A stretch of 64,000 nucleotides of DNA, taken from contig JASFQL010000001.1 in NCBI GenBank assembly GCA_050115475.1, positions 62,554 through 126,553 of the forward strand. The letters run 5' to 3'. The translations under genes were made by a program, and so were the position numbers. The DNA comes from Anaerolineales bacterium (lineage in GTDB: Bacteria; Chloroflexota; Anaerolineae; Anaerolineales; UBA11579). Under the pieces are notes generated by a model. That model made no database searches. It was given only the letters and a program-made list of their open reading frames with translations, and was not told where the DNA came from. Positions 46,448 through 55,749 of this stretch are shown here, one piece after another (position 1 is the first letter of the stretch; each line of letters begins with the position of its first letter).

Positions 46448-46508
46448 AGTTGTGGGGGTATGTTGATATCCACTGATGAAGTGGTTTGATGGGTGTGATG
46501 TGGGCACA

Positions 46509-47711
46509 CTATTTCAACAGCGAATGAAGCTGCTCGATATCCTCCTGCCATTCCCGGACAATGGCGAGCTGTTCATCGCGCTGATCGGGGTCTTTTACAT
46601 ATCCCTTGGCCATCTCGTGAAGATGTCCATAGTAATCTGCCAGTCGGTCAAGCGGGGCGTGAATCATCCCCAAGGCAGTGGAATCCTGTTCCTCCAAAGC
46701 TGCCTCCAGGCGTTCGAGGAGGCGAAGCCATTCATCCACCGGCAGGGAGGCTTTCTGGCGGAAGGTACGGGTGAGCCACTGCCGCTCAAAGACGGAGAGC
46801 TCCTGCCAGGCCGCGGATTGTTCGGCAAGCGTGGTGCGCGCGGACTGACACAGCACCAGGGCCTGTTCGAATTGTTCAGGAGACAGTGAACGTCCTCCTG
46901 CTGCCTGCCCCGATGCAGACAGATCGATGCCAGCGTCGGCTAAGGCCTGCGTGGATGAAATCTCCTGGCCGCGGTAGCGCGGCGCCAGGGCCACTGCGGC
47001 GGCGAAACCGGCCCCGGCTGCCTCTATCGAGATCGTGTACGGCTTGACGACTTCGAACATTTCCTCCTCGGATTTGCCCATCAGGGCGGCAAGTTTGGGG
47101 ATAGAGGAAAGCGCGGTTTGTGTGGGGACGAATCCCGGCCCAATGGTGAAGGCTGAAACTGCGGTGTTTTCAAATTCCTCACTGAGTGTGGCGCCAAGAT
47201 GAACCTGCGCGGCCTTGAAGGACTCGTAGGCCCCCATATAGGCGCCCCCTGTGGAAGACACACAGACGAACACTCCCCAATCCCGGGTGAGCATCCCGGG
47301 GATGAAGGCGCGGGCGAGCAAAACTGGCCCACGCAGGTTGACACGGTAGCTGGCATCCCAGGCTTCGATGTCCACGTCTTTCACCGCGCCCAACGTGGCG
47401 ACGGTGGCGTTGTTGAGGACGATGTCCACCCCCCCGAAGGTTTTCTGTGCCCGGCGCGCCAGTTTTTTCACGCTGCCCTCATCGCCGACGTCGGTCTTGA
47501 CGAATAAGGCCGCACCAGGGTCGAACTCCTGATTAAGTTGTTGGGCGGCCTGCCGGCCAGTTTTCGAATTGATCTCGGCAATGACGACTTTGCACCCCAG
47601 CCAGAGCAGGGAACGGGCCGCTTCGTAGCCAATGCCGCCGCCTGCCCCGGTAATAAGGGCGATCTTGCCCGCCAATGATCGGCGGGTGAGTTTACCTGTT
47701 TCGATCAGCAT
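46509..47711 (-). CDS. SDR-family oxidoreductase with a ~150-aa C-terminal helical extension
   Basis: TGAGGGIG cofactor motif, YxxxK-type region (YESFKAAQ). ATG at 47711 is preceded by GAGGAGAA. Confidence 0.8.
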   Translation of the reverse strand: MLIETGKLTRRSLAGKIALITGAGGGIGYEAARSLLWLGCKVVIAEINSKTGRQAAQQLNQEFDPGAALFVKTDVGDEGSVKKLARRAQKTFGGVDIVLNNATVATLGAVKDVDIEAWDASYRVNLRGPVLLARAFIPGMLTRDWGVFVCVSSTGGAYMGAYESFKAAQVHLGATLSEEFENTAVSAFTIGPGFVPTQTALSSIPKLAALMGKSEEEMFEVVKPYTISIEAAGAGFAAAVALAPRYRGQEISSTQALADAGIDLSASGQAAGGRSLSPEQFEQALVLCQSARTTLAEQSAAWQELSVFERQWLTRTFRQKASLPVDEWLRLLERLEAALEEQDSTALGMIHAPLDRLADYYGHLHEMAKGYVKDPDQRDEQLAIVREWQEDIEQLHSLLK

Positions 47712-48004
47712 GTGTGTTTTCTCCTCGTGACGGTGAAGTGAACCCAATTAAGTTTAAGATGGCATCTGGATGATACCGAAGAATCAGACAAGGTTGTAGA
47801 AAGAAAAGACCGTGAGAGAGATTCTTCGCTCCCTTCGGTCGCTCAGAATGACAATAGAAAAGGTGGTCGTTTAGAATGATATGCTGGTATTTCATCACTT
47901 TCTTCTCTAAGATCAAACTTGGATTCACTTTACTATACTCAACTATGAGTTTATCAGAAACATATCGTCAGACAAGGGGGAAGAGACGGGAAGTAATCAG
48001 TTGA

Positions 48005-48499
48005 TCAGGTGCGAGTGGTGAAAGCAGCATTCCCACGAATCCAGTCGAAGGTGATCTCTCGCAGGTCGTTTGCCCCCACTTGAAGCTGGCGGGCGCGGAT
48101 GAGTATGAGCAGCATACCGCCCAACATGCCCATGGCGAGGTCTATCATGGTGTTTTCGAGGCTGACCTGCACGTTGGTGCCCAGGAGCTGGTCTATGGCG
48201 AATTCGGCGAACTCCCAGCAAAGGGCGGCGGAAGCGGTGAGGCTGCCGATGAGAATCAGCTCGAGGACAAGCACCCGGCTTCTACTGACCGGCTCTCGGG
48301 GGAGGAGTTGAAAGCATCGAGAAACGAAGAAGGCAATCGAGAGGCCACCGAAGAAATGGAGGGGAATGTCGGTGTGGGGCCAATATTTAAATACATGGAG
48401 GACGCGGCTGAGAAACACATGAGTGAGGAACACGAGCAGAGGGCCCCACCCGCCGCCGGGGATGAGGATTTTTGTGGCGATGTTCGAGAGGGTTTTCAT
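48005..48499 (-). CDS. Hypothetical membrane protein
   Basis: 164 aa with about 4 hydrophobic helices. No family recognised. Confidence 0.5.
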   Translation of the reverse strand: MKTLSNIATKILIPGGGWGPLLVFLTHVFLSRVLHVFKYWPHTDIPLHFFGGLSIAFFVSRCFQLLPREPVSRSRVLVLELILIGSLTASAALCWEFAEFAIDQLLGTNVQVSLENTMIDLAMGMLGGMLLILIRARQLQVGANDLREITFDWIRGNAAFTTRT

Positions 48500-48767
48500 A
48501 GATTCCTTGTAGTCGGAATGATTATTATTTTTTCACTCACAGCTATTCAACGTAAAGCATTGATGAATCTGACAGGCAAAGATCAACCAGACTCCATTTT
48601 GATATAGGGCCGAGTATGTTTTTAAACCACCAAGGCACGAAGACACGAAAGGTTGGGAGTGAAGCATATGCTTGGTTAATAGAGTGAATAGATAATCGAG
48701 TAATCAAGCACAAAAGTTAACCTTGTTGGATCTATGTTGTCTACTTACTCAATGTTACTATATTCGA

Positions 48768-49304
48768 TCACTTTGCCCCCAAATACAGCCCTCTGGATAT
48801 TTCTGTAATACACTCGGATTGTCTGGCAACAAAGACTTTCCGTACTATGCAGATGATTTTCTTATTCTTCCTGGGGCGCGTATGGTTTATCAACCTCTTG
48901 TCGTTTGTAAGGAACCATACTGCGCCCAATGCAATTGCTTCAGATAAATGTCGTCTATCATTATCTTTAAGTTTGAAAGGATATAGCGAATGTTCAATCG
49001 ATGCAATCTTTTCTTCGTTTGTCTCCTTGTCTTCAATTTGTCCCACTTCCTGCCAAGATTGCAGTAATACAGAATACACCTCTCTCTGTTCAGGAGTTGG
49101 CTTATTTAGCAATTCCTGCACCAAATGCTTGGGAGCGGCGACATGCCAGACCTCTCCCATTTGTTCCAATTCCACAATCCGGCGGAGTGCTTCCAATTCC
49201 CTCAATAATGGCTTATTGATAGAAGGTGGTGCGTTATCTCCCAAAATAAAACCTTGATAGTCGGCGTAGTATTGAACTAAGTTAGTATCAAGATAGATAA
49301 GCAT
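48768..49304 (-). CDS. PIN-like domain protein (putative nuclease)
   Basis: Begins MLIYLDTNLV (first PIN acidic residue context). Later DRRHLSEAIALGAVWFLTNDK (distal Asp context). AT-rich gene 74 nt downstream of the HD gene. The Shine-Dalgarno is weak. Confidence 0.45.
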   Translation of the reverse strand: MLIYLDTNLVQYYADYQGFILGDNAPPSINKPLLRELEALRRIVELEQMGEVWHVAAPKHLVQELLNKPTPEQREVYSVLLQSWQEVGQIEDKETNEEKIASIEHSLYPFKLKDNDRRHLSEAIALGAVWFLTNDKRLINHTRPRKNKKIICIVRKVFVARQSECITEISRGLYLGAK

Positions 49305-49378
49305 TGCATCCAAAGCAGATATAATATCCGATTATATGTTTGGTATATTGGTAGAATGAATTAGTTGCTAAAATCACA

Positions 49379-50941
49379 TCAATCCATCGACCAGATAGTA
49401 ATTTCATCAACAATCCACGTCAAAGCAATCGGATCTTTGTGTTCTTTTATACATAAAAGGCCAATTATCGTATCTAATATTTTTTCATCGCTCGATAAAC
49501 CTTTCATTTGAAAACCAAACCGACGTGGATTGGGGGAATTACAATCTAGAACCCCAGCATATCTACTGACCAACTCATCTAAAACCCTCACAAAGAGTAT
49601 CATTATTTTATTTGCCAGGTCAGTGAGTCTGGTGTCGTCAGGGATCAATTTTTTTATAAATTCTTTCTGTTCTTCTTCTGATAGCTTCCGGGATTTCCAA
49701 CCTTTTTTTTCATTATGCTCTAACTCATAGTCATCATGCAATTCATTCCGAATACAGGCACACATTACAGCTTGAAAAAAAATCAAACCGTAGTCAAGCT
49801 TTGCGACGGTTGCGAGGTGCTCACAAAAAGTTTTAAATACATGCGCACCTAAAGTTCCTACCAAAACGGATTCTACGGATGTCGGAGAGAAGTAATTTAT
49901 CAGTTGTGGCGCTTTCGTTGTTAATGCACACTCTTCCAACAACCGCAAAATCCTTTGGATTGCTCTCGCTGGACTTCGTTCAAGTTTCAGCAGGTGAAGC
50001 TTCAACTGCACCCTGTTTCCTTTTACGCCTGAGGAGGAAATACTTTTTATGAGAATTTTCCAATCGGAAAGGACATTTATTAGCTTATGATGATCTATTC
50101 CTAGACAAGATTCTGGTTCCATACATATCTTAATAATTTCGTTCAATAATTCCGATTCACTCATTCCTGAAAAGGCTTTGGATACTGATTCCCCTCGCCG
50201 TTTAGATCCAACAGCATTGACGAGGGCGAACACTTTTTCCTTCTTTTTTTCATTAGCTGTATTTACGGCGGCAATATCTGCCAGATTCATCAACATGACA
50301 GAAGTAATATTTTTCTTAATACCGTCAATTGTCTTTTTCCCGCTGGTGAAATAGAGGATATCGCTAAAAATTGGTAATCCTCCTTCACCAGTGGATACAA
50401 CTCCAAATTTATCATGATGCTGAACAATTGAACTAATTAGCGAAAAACGATTGAATTTTGCTAGCATTTTTGGGTCGTCACCAGGAAATACCAATAAATC
50501 TATCAGGTCACGTGTATCATTCTCTCTATAGTTGCGAAGCAGATTATTCCCAATTTGTGGATGATTGGCTCGCCGCACATATTTTCCAATATCATGATAG
50601 AGGGCTGCTACCTTTAAAAGCTCGGTAACTTTTCGACGGTTTTCTTCGGCCTGATCAGTTCCCAGCCGCGCCTCAAGCGACTCTATGATATCGGGATAAT
50701 ACTTAGCGTATATATCTTTTGTTTTGGTAAAATTTCCTTTTAGTAACCCGGGTTCATTGTGTAAATCTTTATCAACGAACGCTTCGATAAATCTTATAAC
50801 ATTTGGTCCATGAATAGGATAATCCTTGTTATCCCCTTGAGGGCGAAAGAATATTTGATTGAGCATATCACCAAACGGAACTTCATCTGCAGACAAAGGA
50901 AAAAAGGAATTAGTAAGTAATTTACTTGAAAAGTCATTCAT
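49379..50941 (-). CDS. HD-domain phosphohydrolase-like protein with a large unassigned C-terminal region
   Basis: 520 aa. AALYHDIGKY, HPQIGNNLL, VQHHDKFG and NLADIAAV follow the H..HD..H..HH..D pattern. ATG at 50941 is preceded by GGAGGG. The gene is strongly AT-rich. Confidence 0.6.
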   Translation of the reverse strand: MNDFSSKLLTNSFFPLSADEVPFGDMLNQIFFRPQGDNKDYPIHGPNVIRFIEAFVDKDLHNEPGLLKGNFTKTKDIYAKYYPDIIESLEARLGTDQAEENRRKVTELLKVAALYHDIGKYVRRANHPQIGNNLLRNYRENDTRDLIDLLVFPGDDPKMLAKFNRFSLISSIVQHHDKFGVVSTGEGGLPIFSDILYFTSGKKTIDGIKKNITSVMLMNLADIAAVNTANEKKKEKVFALVNAVGSKRRGESVSKAFSGMSESELLNEIIKICMEPESCLGIDHHKLINVLSDWKILIKSISSSGVKGNRVQLKLHLLKLERSPARAIQRILRLLEECALTTKAPQLINYFSPTSVESVLVGTLGAHVFKTFCEHLATVAKLDYGLIFFQAVMCACIRNELHDDYELEHNEKKGWKSRKLSEEEQKEFIKKLIPDDTRLTDLANKIMILFVRVLDELVSRYAGVLDCNSPNPRRFGFQMKGLSSDEKILDTIIGLLCIKEHKDPIALTWIVDEITIWSMD

Positions 50942-51146
50942 AATACCCTCCAAATTTCTCTGAGATAGCCAATTAATAAATATGTAGATATGAATCCATC
51001 ATACAATACATTTTCATATAAAGGAAGTTTATTTTGTACTGTTTATTATGCTTATTTATAGACATTTTATAAATATCCCCCGTGTTTTAATCGTTAAAGT
51101 TGTCCGCCAAACCTTTGCGCACACTGGAAGGAAGTTATTCCCAAAG

Positions 51147-51851
51147 CTAAAACCTTTGAATGACGATGAAATATAGATAGCGAAGGCCGTCGATTTTCTT
51201 TGGGGCGGTCAGCAGCTCTCGAACGCCGTACCTGCCCTCCCCCCACGTTGTAATCAGATAGGGCATTAGGACGATCTCGGCGCCAAAGGGGTCGAGTTCG
51301 CTGGCGCCGCGGGGTGCGTGACCGGAACTATGTTCGATGATGCAGACGCCCCCTGGTATCAGGCAGCTCATCCAGGCGTTGAGACATTTTTCGGGGTCGT
51401 AACTGTGGTCAAAGGAATTGCTGTAGATGAAGTCGACCGAGTCGACCCATTCTGACTTGACCTCATGGAAATCCCATTGGATGGTGTGGGGGAAAGTCTC
51501 AGCGGTATCGGATATTTCTGTGCCAATGACTTCGCAGCCGAGATATTTCCGAAACCAAACCTGCTCCATCCCCCTGCGAGTCCCATGGCAGATACCGAAC
51601 TGGGGGGAATCAATAATGCTTTTTATATAATCCGAGAGGAATACGATGTTCTCCTCAATGGCCCAGACGTTATCGATTTTTCTCTTGTTACCGGCTTCTT
51701 GGATTTGACGGTAGCCCTCGTAATCGAAAGTGCCATCTTTGTTCAAATAATGATAAAGGACAAATCCAGGCGATTCCTCCCGGCCCTTTGGAATCCGTTT
51801 GAGTTCAAAGCCCAACAAACGTAAAGCCTTTTTCACCAAGTTACGAAGCAT
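51147..51851 (-). CDS. Class I SAM-dependent methyltransferase-like protein
   Basis: 234 aa. FGICHGTRRGMEQ...GCEVIGTEIS resembles motifs I/II. DFIYSNSFDH resembles the motif IV region. Confidence 0.55.
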   Translation of the reverse strand: MLRNLVKKALRLLGFELKRIPKGREESPGFVLYHYLNKDGTFDYEGYRQIQEAGNKRKIDNVWAIEENIVFLSDYIKSIIDSPQFGICHGTRRGMEQVWFRKYLGCEVIGTEISDTAETFPHTIQWDFHEVKSEWVDSVDFIYSNSFDHSYDPEKCLNAWMSCLIPGGVCIIEHSSGHAPRGASELDPFGAEIVLMPYLITTWGEGRYGVRELLTAPKKIDGLRYLYFIVIQRF

Positions 51852-51884
51852 ACATATTCTCCCTCTGGCAGAATTGGGTGGGGT

Positions 51885-52640
51885 TTACTTCCCCAGGCGG
51901 TAGAGCCTCCAACCAAGCAGGATGTGCCAGAGCATAAGGAACAGCCCTGCAGCGGGGATGAAGATAACGGCGAGCAAGCCAGTATCGACAGAAGGGACGA
52001 AGAGGTAAGCAAGGCAGTAGGCCAGGTCGAGCGCAGCTGCCAGGATTCCGACGATGGCGACAGCTTTGGGGAATATCTCACTCCGCAGCATGACGAGAGA
52101 GGCCATCAACCCGGCAAGGGCAACAAAGAACAAACTCGCTAAACCTCCGGAGCCGGGATGCGCTGCGGGTCCGGTAAAGCGGTTGATGGACAGCATTGCC
52201 TCGCCCGCTGAGAGCAGCATGGTTTTCTCTACCCCGGTTGCGGCGGCGTAGCGCCCACTGAGAGCCAGCATCGAGAAGGCGGTGTTCGAGGCAAAGTAGA
52301 CCGCAAACCCCAGAAAGCTGAAGGCCGAGGCTATCGTCATGATACTTTTGTTGACCCGCTTAAGGGCGGCGTAGAGGGCGAGGAACACCAAACTCAAAAG
52401 GGCGTAGTTGACGAGGTCGAAAAAGTGGAGGTAAGTGAGGCCCAAGAGGCGGTTAGTTTGAAGGAGGGCAAACCAGCCGCTGACAGAAACAGGGGGGATA
52501 CCCCCGGTGAAAAGCTCGACTTCAGCGGCGATATTCCTGCGGAAGAGGATACCGGTAAGCAGGGCGGCCATCCCACCGATTTTGAAGAGGGTTTTCATTT
52601 CAGGATCTACTGTATTTTGAGATTTATTCATCTTGATCAT
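51885..52640 (-). CDS. Polytopic membrane protein (DUF4386-like)
   Basis: 251 aa with about 7 hydrophobic segments. Family assignment is from memory only. Confidence 0.5.
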   Translation of the reverse strand: MIKMNKSQNTVDPEMKTLFKIGGMAALLTGILFRRNIAAEVELFTGGIPPVSVSGWFALLQTNRLLGLTYLHFFDLVNYALLSLVFLALYAALKRVNKSIMTIASAFSFLGFAVYFASNTAFSMLALSGRYAAATGVEKTMLLSAGEAMLSINRFTGPAAHPGSGGLASLFFVALAGLMASLVMLRSEIFPKAVAIVGILAAALDLAYCLAYLFVPSVDTGLLAVIFIPAAGLFLMLWHILLGWRLYRLGK

Positions 52641-52673
52641 CCAATGATTTATTTATTCACAGGTATTCTTGAT

Positions 52674-53378
52674 TTACAGCCCCCGCACTTTCTCAGTGCG
52701 CTTGTTGGAGAAGAACGCGGGAAGCCACTCCAAGGTCTTGCAGAAAAATTTTGGCGGCATCCCTTCCTCTCCGGCGAAGCCGACGACTTCCTCATAGTGT
52801 GAAAACGTGCGGTTGTCTGTCACAAGCCAGTGCTGCATCAGAAGCAGGTCGCTCTTCCCATCCCAATCTATGGTGGGGATTTGTTCTTTCGTAATCCATC
52901 CGGATTTCAGCATCCCTTCGTAGAATGGCCTGTCGTAGAGCGCTTCACAGACGATCCACTTTCCACTCAAATAAGATTCACACCAGAGATGCCCTACGGG
53001 ACTCGGCAGATGGCTGTATAGGAATCCGGGGACGATGTGTTCGAGCACCTCTTTCTTGACCCTGACCATGTGAAATCTCGATGGGATACCGATGGCGCGG
53101 AGCAGGCTGACGTGGATGTTGATCTTGTTGCAGTAGTCGATGGTTTTTCTCTGGAGGGCTTGTGATGCTTTCAGGTATATATCGAGTGTGGCGTTGAAGG
53201 GGATCTTATCCCGTACGTATTTGAATATTTTTAGTGCAGCTTCTTCTGGCGAATCAAGGCCCTTGACGATTTCTGCGACAGCCTTTTTCAATCTGGTGTT
53301 GTCACAATCTGTCATGGGGGAAGGCGAAAGATAATTGTCGAGATGTACTTGTGATGTTTGATCCATACCCATAAACAC
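52674..53378 (-). CDS. Transglutaminase-like (papain-fold) protein
   Basis: YCNKINIHVSLLRAIGIPSRF places Cys in the typical transglutaminase-core context. Downstream His (GHLWCE) and Asp (ALYD) are present. Confidence 0.65.
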   Translation of the reverse strand: MFMGMDQTSQVHLDNYLSPSPMTDCDNTRLKKAVAEIVKGLDSPEEAALKIFKYVRDKIPFNATLDIYLKASQALQRKTIDYCNKINIHVSLLRAIGIPSRFHMVRVKKEVLEHIVPGFLYSHLPSPVGHLWCESYLSGKWIVCEALYDRPFYEGMLKSGWITKEQIPTIDWDGKSDLLLMQHWLVTDNRTFSHYEEVVGFAGEEGMPPKFFCKTLEWLPAFFSNKRTEKVRGL

Positions 53379-53525
53379 GTCAATCCTCTCCGTCGTCAGT
53401 AAGAAATATTAACCAACGAACGGTGTTCATCCACCACTATTGTAACCCAACTATTTTAACTGATTGCGCCGCCCATTGACTGAGCGGCGCAAGGTTCGAT
53501 ATTCAAATAGTCAGGCGTTATCCCG

Positions 53526-53825
53526 TTATTTCCGGCGTCTGGCAGCGCCGCGCCCCCCACCGCCAAAGATAGCAGATACCCCTACCATGAAGCCGAAGTT
53601 GTACCAGCCGCCGTTGTTATGAGTTTCATAGATGTGCACCGTCTTGGAGAAGAGGGAGATCAAGAAGGTGAAGGGGGAGATGAAGCCATGCCAGAGACCC
53701 TGCCAAAATCCGGCAATCTCTCCTGCGTCGTTGGGGACATTGACAAGTTCGTTGGGACTGGCTGCACAGCCAGCAAGGCCTAACAACACGAGCGAAACGG
53801 CGATTACGATAAGTAGTTTTTTCAT
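53526..53825 (-). CDS. Small lipoprotein (hypothetical)
   Basis: MKKLLIVIAVSLVLLGLAGCAAS lipobox; 99 aa with a Gly/Arg-rich C-terminus. Confidence 0.55.
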   Translation of the reverse strand: MKKLLIVIAVSLVLLGLAGCAASPNELVNVPNDAGEIAGFWQGLWHGFISPFTFLISLFSKTVHIYETHNNGGWYNFGFMVGVSAIFGGGGRGAARRRK

Positions 53826-53963
53826 TTCCGATCCTCCTTAGGATAATATGATATTTGGAAATTAAATAGTATTACATCTTACACGATATCGTCGTTTATG
53901 AAAAACATACTAAGTATGGGTATTACTAACAATCCCCGTTTTTATTTATTTACTTCCGGCGGT

Positions 53964-54353
53964 TTACTCTTCGGGTTCTCGATCGGTAAGCCAATCGAGA
54001 GCGGTATCAAAATCAGTAAAAAGGCGGTGATTGAAACCTTTATTAAATGCCCGTGTTTCGTAGAACCGGAAACCTTTAGTGTCTTGCAGGGATTCCGAGA
54101 TGATAATAGCAACTTTGTAATTACGAGGGACCCCGACTTCGCCTAATACGTCTGGCACGTCGTAGACGTCAATGGTTTTCATTTCGAGGTTCAAGTCGCG
54201 GTTGTCTATCAGGCATTTTGTGGAATTGTGCTTCTCCGCTGCAGCTAATGCTTCGGCAGTCATCTTGCGATTCTCTTCCGCATCGGTCAACGTCCCCGTG
54301 TTTTTTACAGTCACAATCCCTTCTTGCTTTAGAAAATTAATAATCCAATCCAT
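53964..54353 (-). CDS. Hypothetical protein (possibly STAS/SpoIIAA-like)
   Basis: 129-aa ORF in an AT-rich segment. More protein-like than the overlapping plus-strand ORF. The fold guess is weak. Confidence 0.35.
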   Translation of the reverse strand: MDWIINFLKQEGIVTVKNTGTLTDAEENRKMTAEALAAAEKHNSTKCLIDNRDLNLEMKTIDVYDVPDVLGEVGVPRNYKVAIIISESLQDTKGFRFYETRAFNKGFNHRLFTDFDTALDWLTDREPEE

Positions 54354-54693
54354 ATTTAATCCTTTCTCATATCAGGGAGAAGGTTATACTATTAATATAC
54401 AAATAATACAACATTTTATTATGTTTTCGAACCGTGTTTTCATAAAAATCATATCTTTGAAGTGTCCGGAAAAAATAATCTTAGTGTCTTGATAAAAGAA
54501 TAAATACCTGGAATCTTACGCCTTTATGAGAGGTTGGTAACTTCGGCCTTGCATTTGTCGAATATGGTAAATTATTTCACCTGCAACCGCTGATATTAGG
54601 AACGGATAAAAGTTTTCATGCCTTAGAAGTAAAACTACAGCAGACCTTCACACTTGAAGTACAATCAATGTATAAATTCACACGGAGACCTTC

Positions 54694-55749
54694 ATGATTC
54701 CCCTCTCAAAACGCCTGATCCTTTTGTCTTTTATCCTGCTGATATTCATAATCGCCTGTGAAGAAAGCGCTGAAGTCCTTACTACCTCCATAGCGGAGGG
54801 AGGCGAGTGGTATTCGCTCTACTTCAGCGATCCCACCGGACCCAACGCCGATACCCAACGCAACGGCCCAGATTCAGCGTTGGCCGAGGCCATCGACAAT
54901 GCACGAGTCAGCGTGGATGCGGCTATCTACGATCTCAATCTGTGGAGCATCCGGGATGCCTTGGTGGATGCACATCACCGGGGTGTGGCTGTACGGGTCG
55001 TGGTGGAAAGCGACAACCGCGACCGGGATGAAGTCCAGGACCTGATCGAAGCGGGGATCGAGGTGCTGGGGGACCGGAGGGAAGGCTTGATGCACCATAA
55101 GTTCGTAGTCATCGATGAGTATGAGGTGTGGACGGGTTCGATGAACTTCACCTTGAATGGAGCTTACCACAACGATAACAACCTCATCCGTATACGATCA
55201 GCTTCGCTGGCGGAGGATTACGTGAGGGAGTTCGAGGAGATGTTCGTCCTCGACCTGTTTGGTGGAAATTCTATCGCTGATACACCCAATCCCCTGGTGA
55301 ACGCCGGTGGGACATCCATCGAGGTGTATTTCTCCCCGGATGACGGGACCCAGGAACGCCTGGTGGCGTTGATCGATGGGGCGGACAGCAGTGTGTACAT
55401 GCTGGCGTTCTCTTTCACAGCGGACCCCATCGCCGACGCCCTATGGGATGCGTATCAGCGGGGCGTCGACGTGGTGGGCGTTATCGAGACCTCTCAGGCG
55501 TCCGGTGAGGGCGGGGATTTCTTTCATCTGGTGGATGCCGGTATGATGGACCTGGAGCTCGATGGAAACCCGAAGCAAATGCACCACAAAGTATTCATTT
55601 TCGATGAGGAGATCGTGGCACTCGGCTCTTATAACTTCACGCGCAGCGCCGAAGAGCGCAACGACGAGAACACACTCATTATCTACAATACAGATATTGC
55701 GGCATTGTTCCTGGAAGAATTCTACCGTATCTATGAAATGAGGCAGTGA
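54694..55749 (+). CDS. Phospholipase D-family protein with two HKD motifs, lipoprotein signal
   Basis: N-terminal LILLSFILLIFIIAC lipobox-like signal. HKD motifs HHKFVVIDEYEVWTGSMNFT and HHKVFIFDEEIVALGSYNFT. Confidence 0.8.
   Translation: MIPLSKRLILLSFILLIFIIACEESAEVLTTSIAEGGEWYSLYFSDPTGPNADTQRNGPDSALAEAIDNARVSVDAAIYDLNLWSIRDALVDAHHRGVAVRVVVESDNRDRDEVQDLIEAGIEVLGDRREGLMHHKFVVIDEYEVWTGSMNFTLNGAYHNDNNLIRIRSASLAEDYVREFEEMFVLDLFGGNSIADTPNPLVNAGGTSIEVYFSPDDGTQERLVALIDGADSSVYMLAFSFTADPIADALWDAYQRGVDVVGVIETSQASGEGGDFFHLVDAGMMDLELDGNPKQMHHKVFIFDEEIVALGSYNFTRSAEERNDENTLIIYNTDIAALFLEEFYRIYEMRQ

Noticed and set aside
47692-47928. 78-aa minus-strand ORF, and the motif GAGATTCTTCGCTCCCTTCGGTCGCTCAGAATGAC (47817-47853)
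   Set aside because: The ORF overlaps the SDR start region and has odd composition. The motif, with TCGCTC twice and ATTCT/AGAAT flanks, resembles a short repeat I have seen translated as ...SERSEES... in many genomes. I cannot verify copy number or function from one window.
48627-48655. CCACCAAGGCACGAAGACACGAAAGG, a purine-rich word repeat near the AT-rich island
   Set aside because: It is reminiscent of CAAGGCACGAAG-type intergenic repeats seen near toxin-antitoxin loci in some phyla. There is only a single imperfect copy here, which is insufficient evidence for an element boundary.
53898-54146. 82-aa plus-strand ORF overlapping the 129-aa minus-strand gene
   Set aside because: The minus-strand product has a more protein-like composition and a clear start context, so the plus-strand ORF is probably spurious. 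Both assignments are low confidence.
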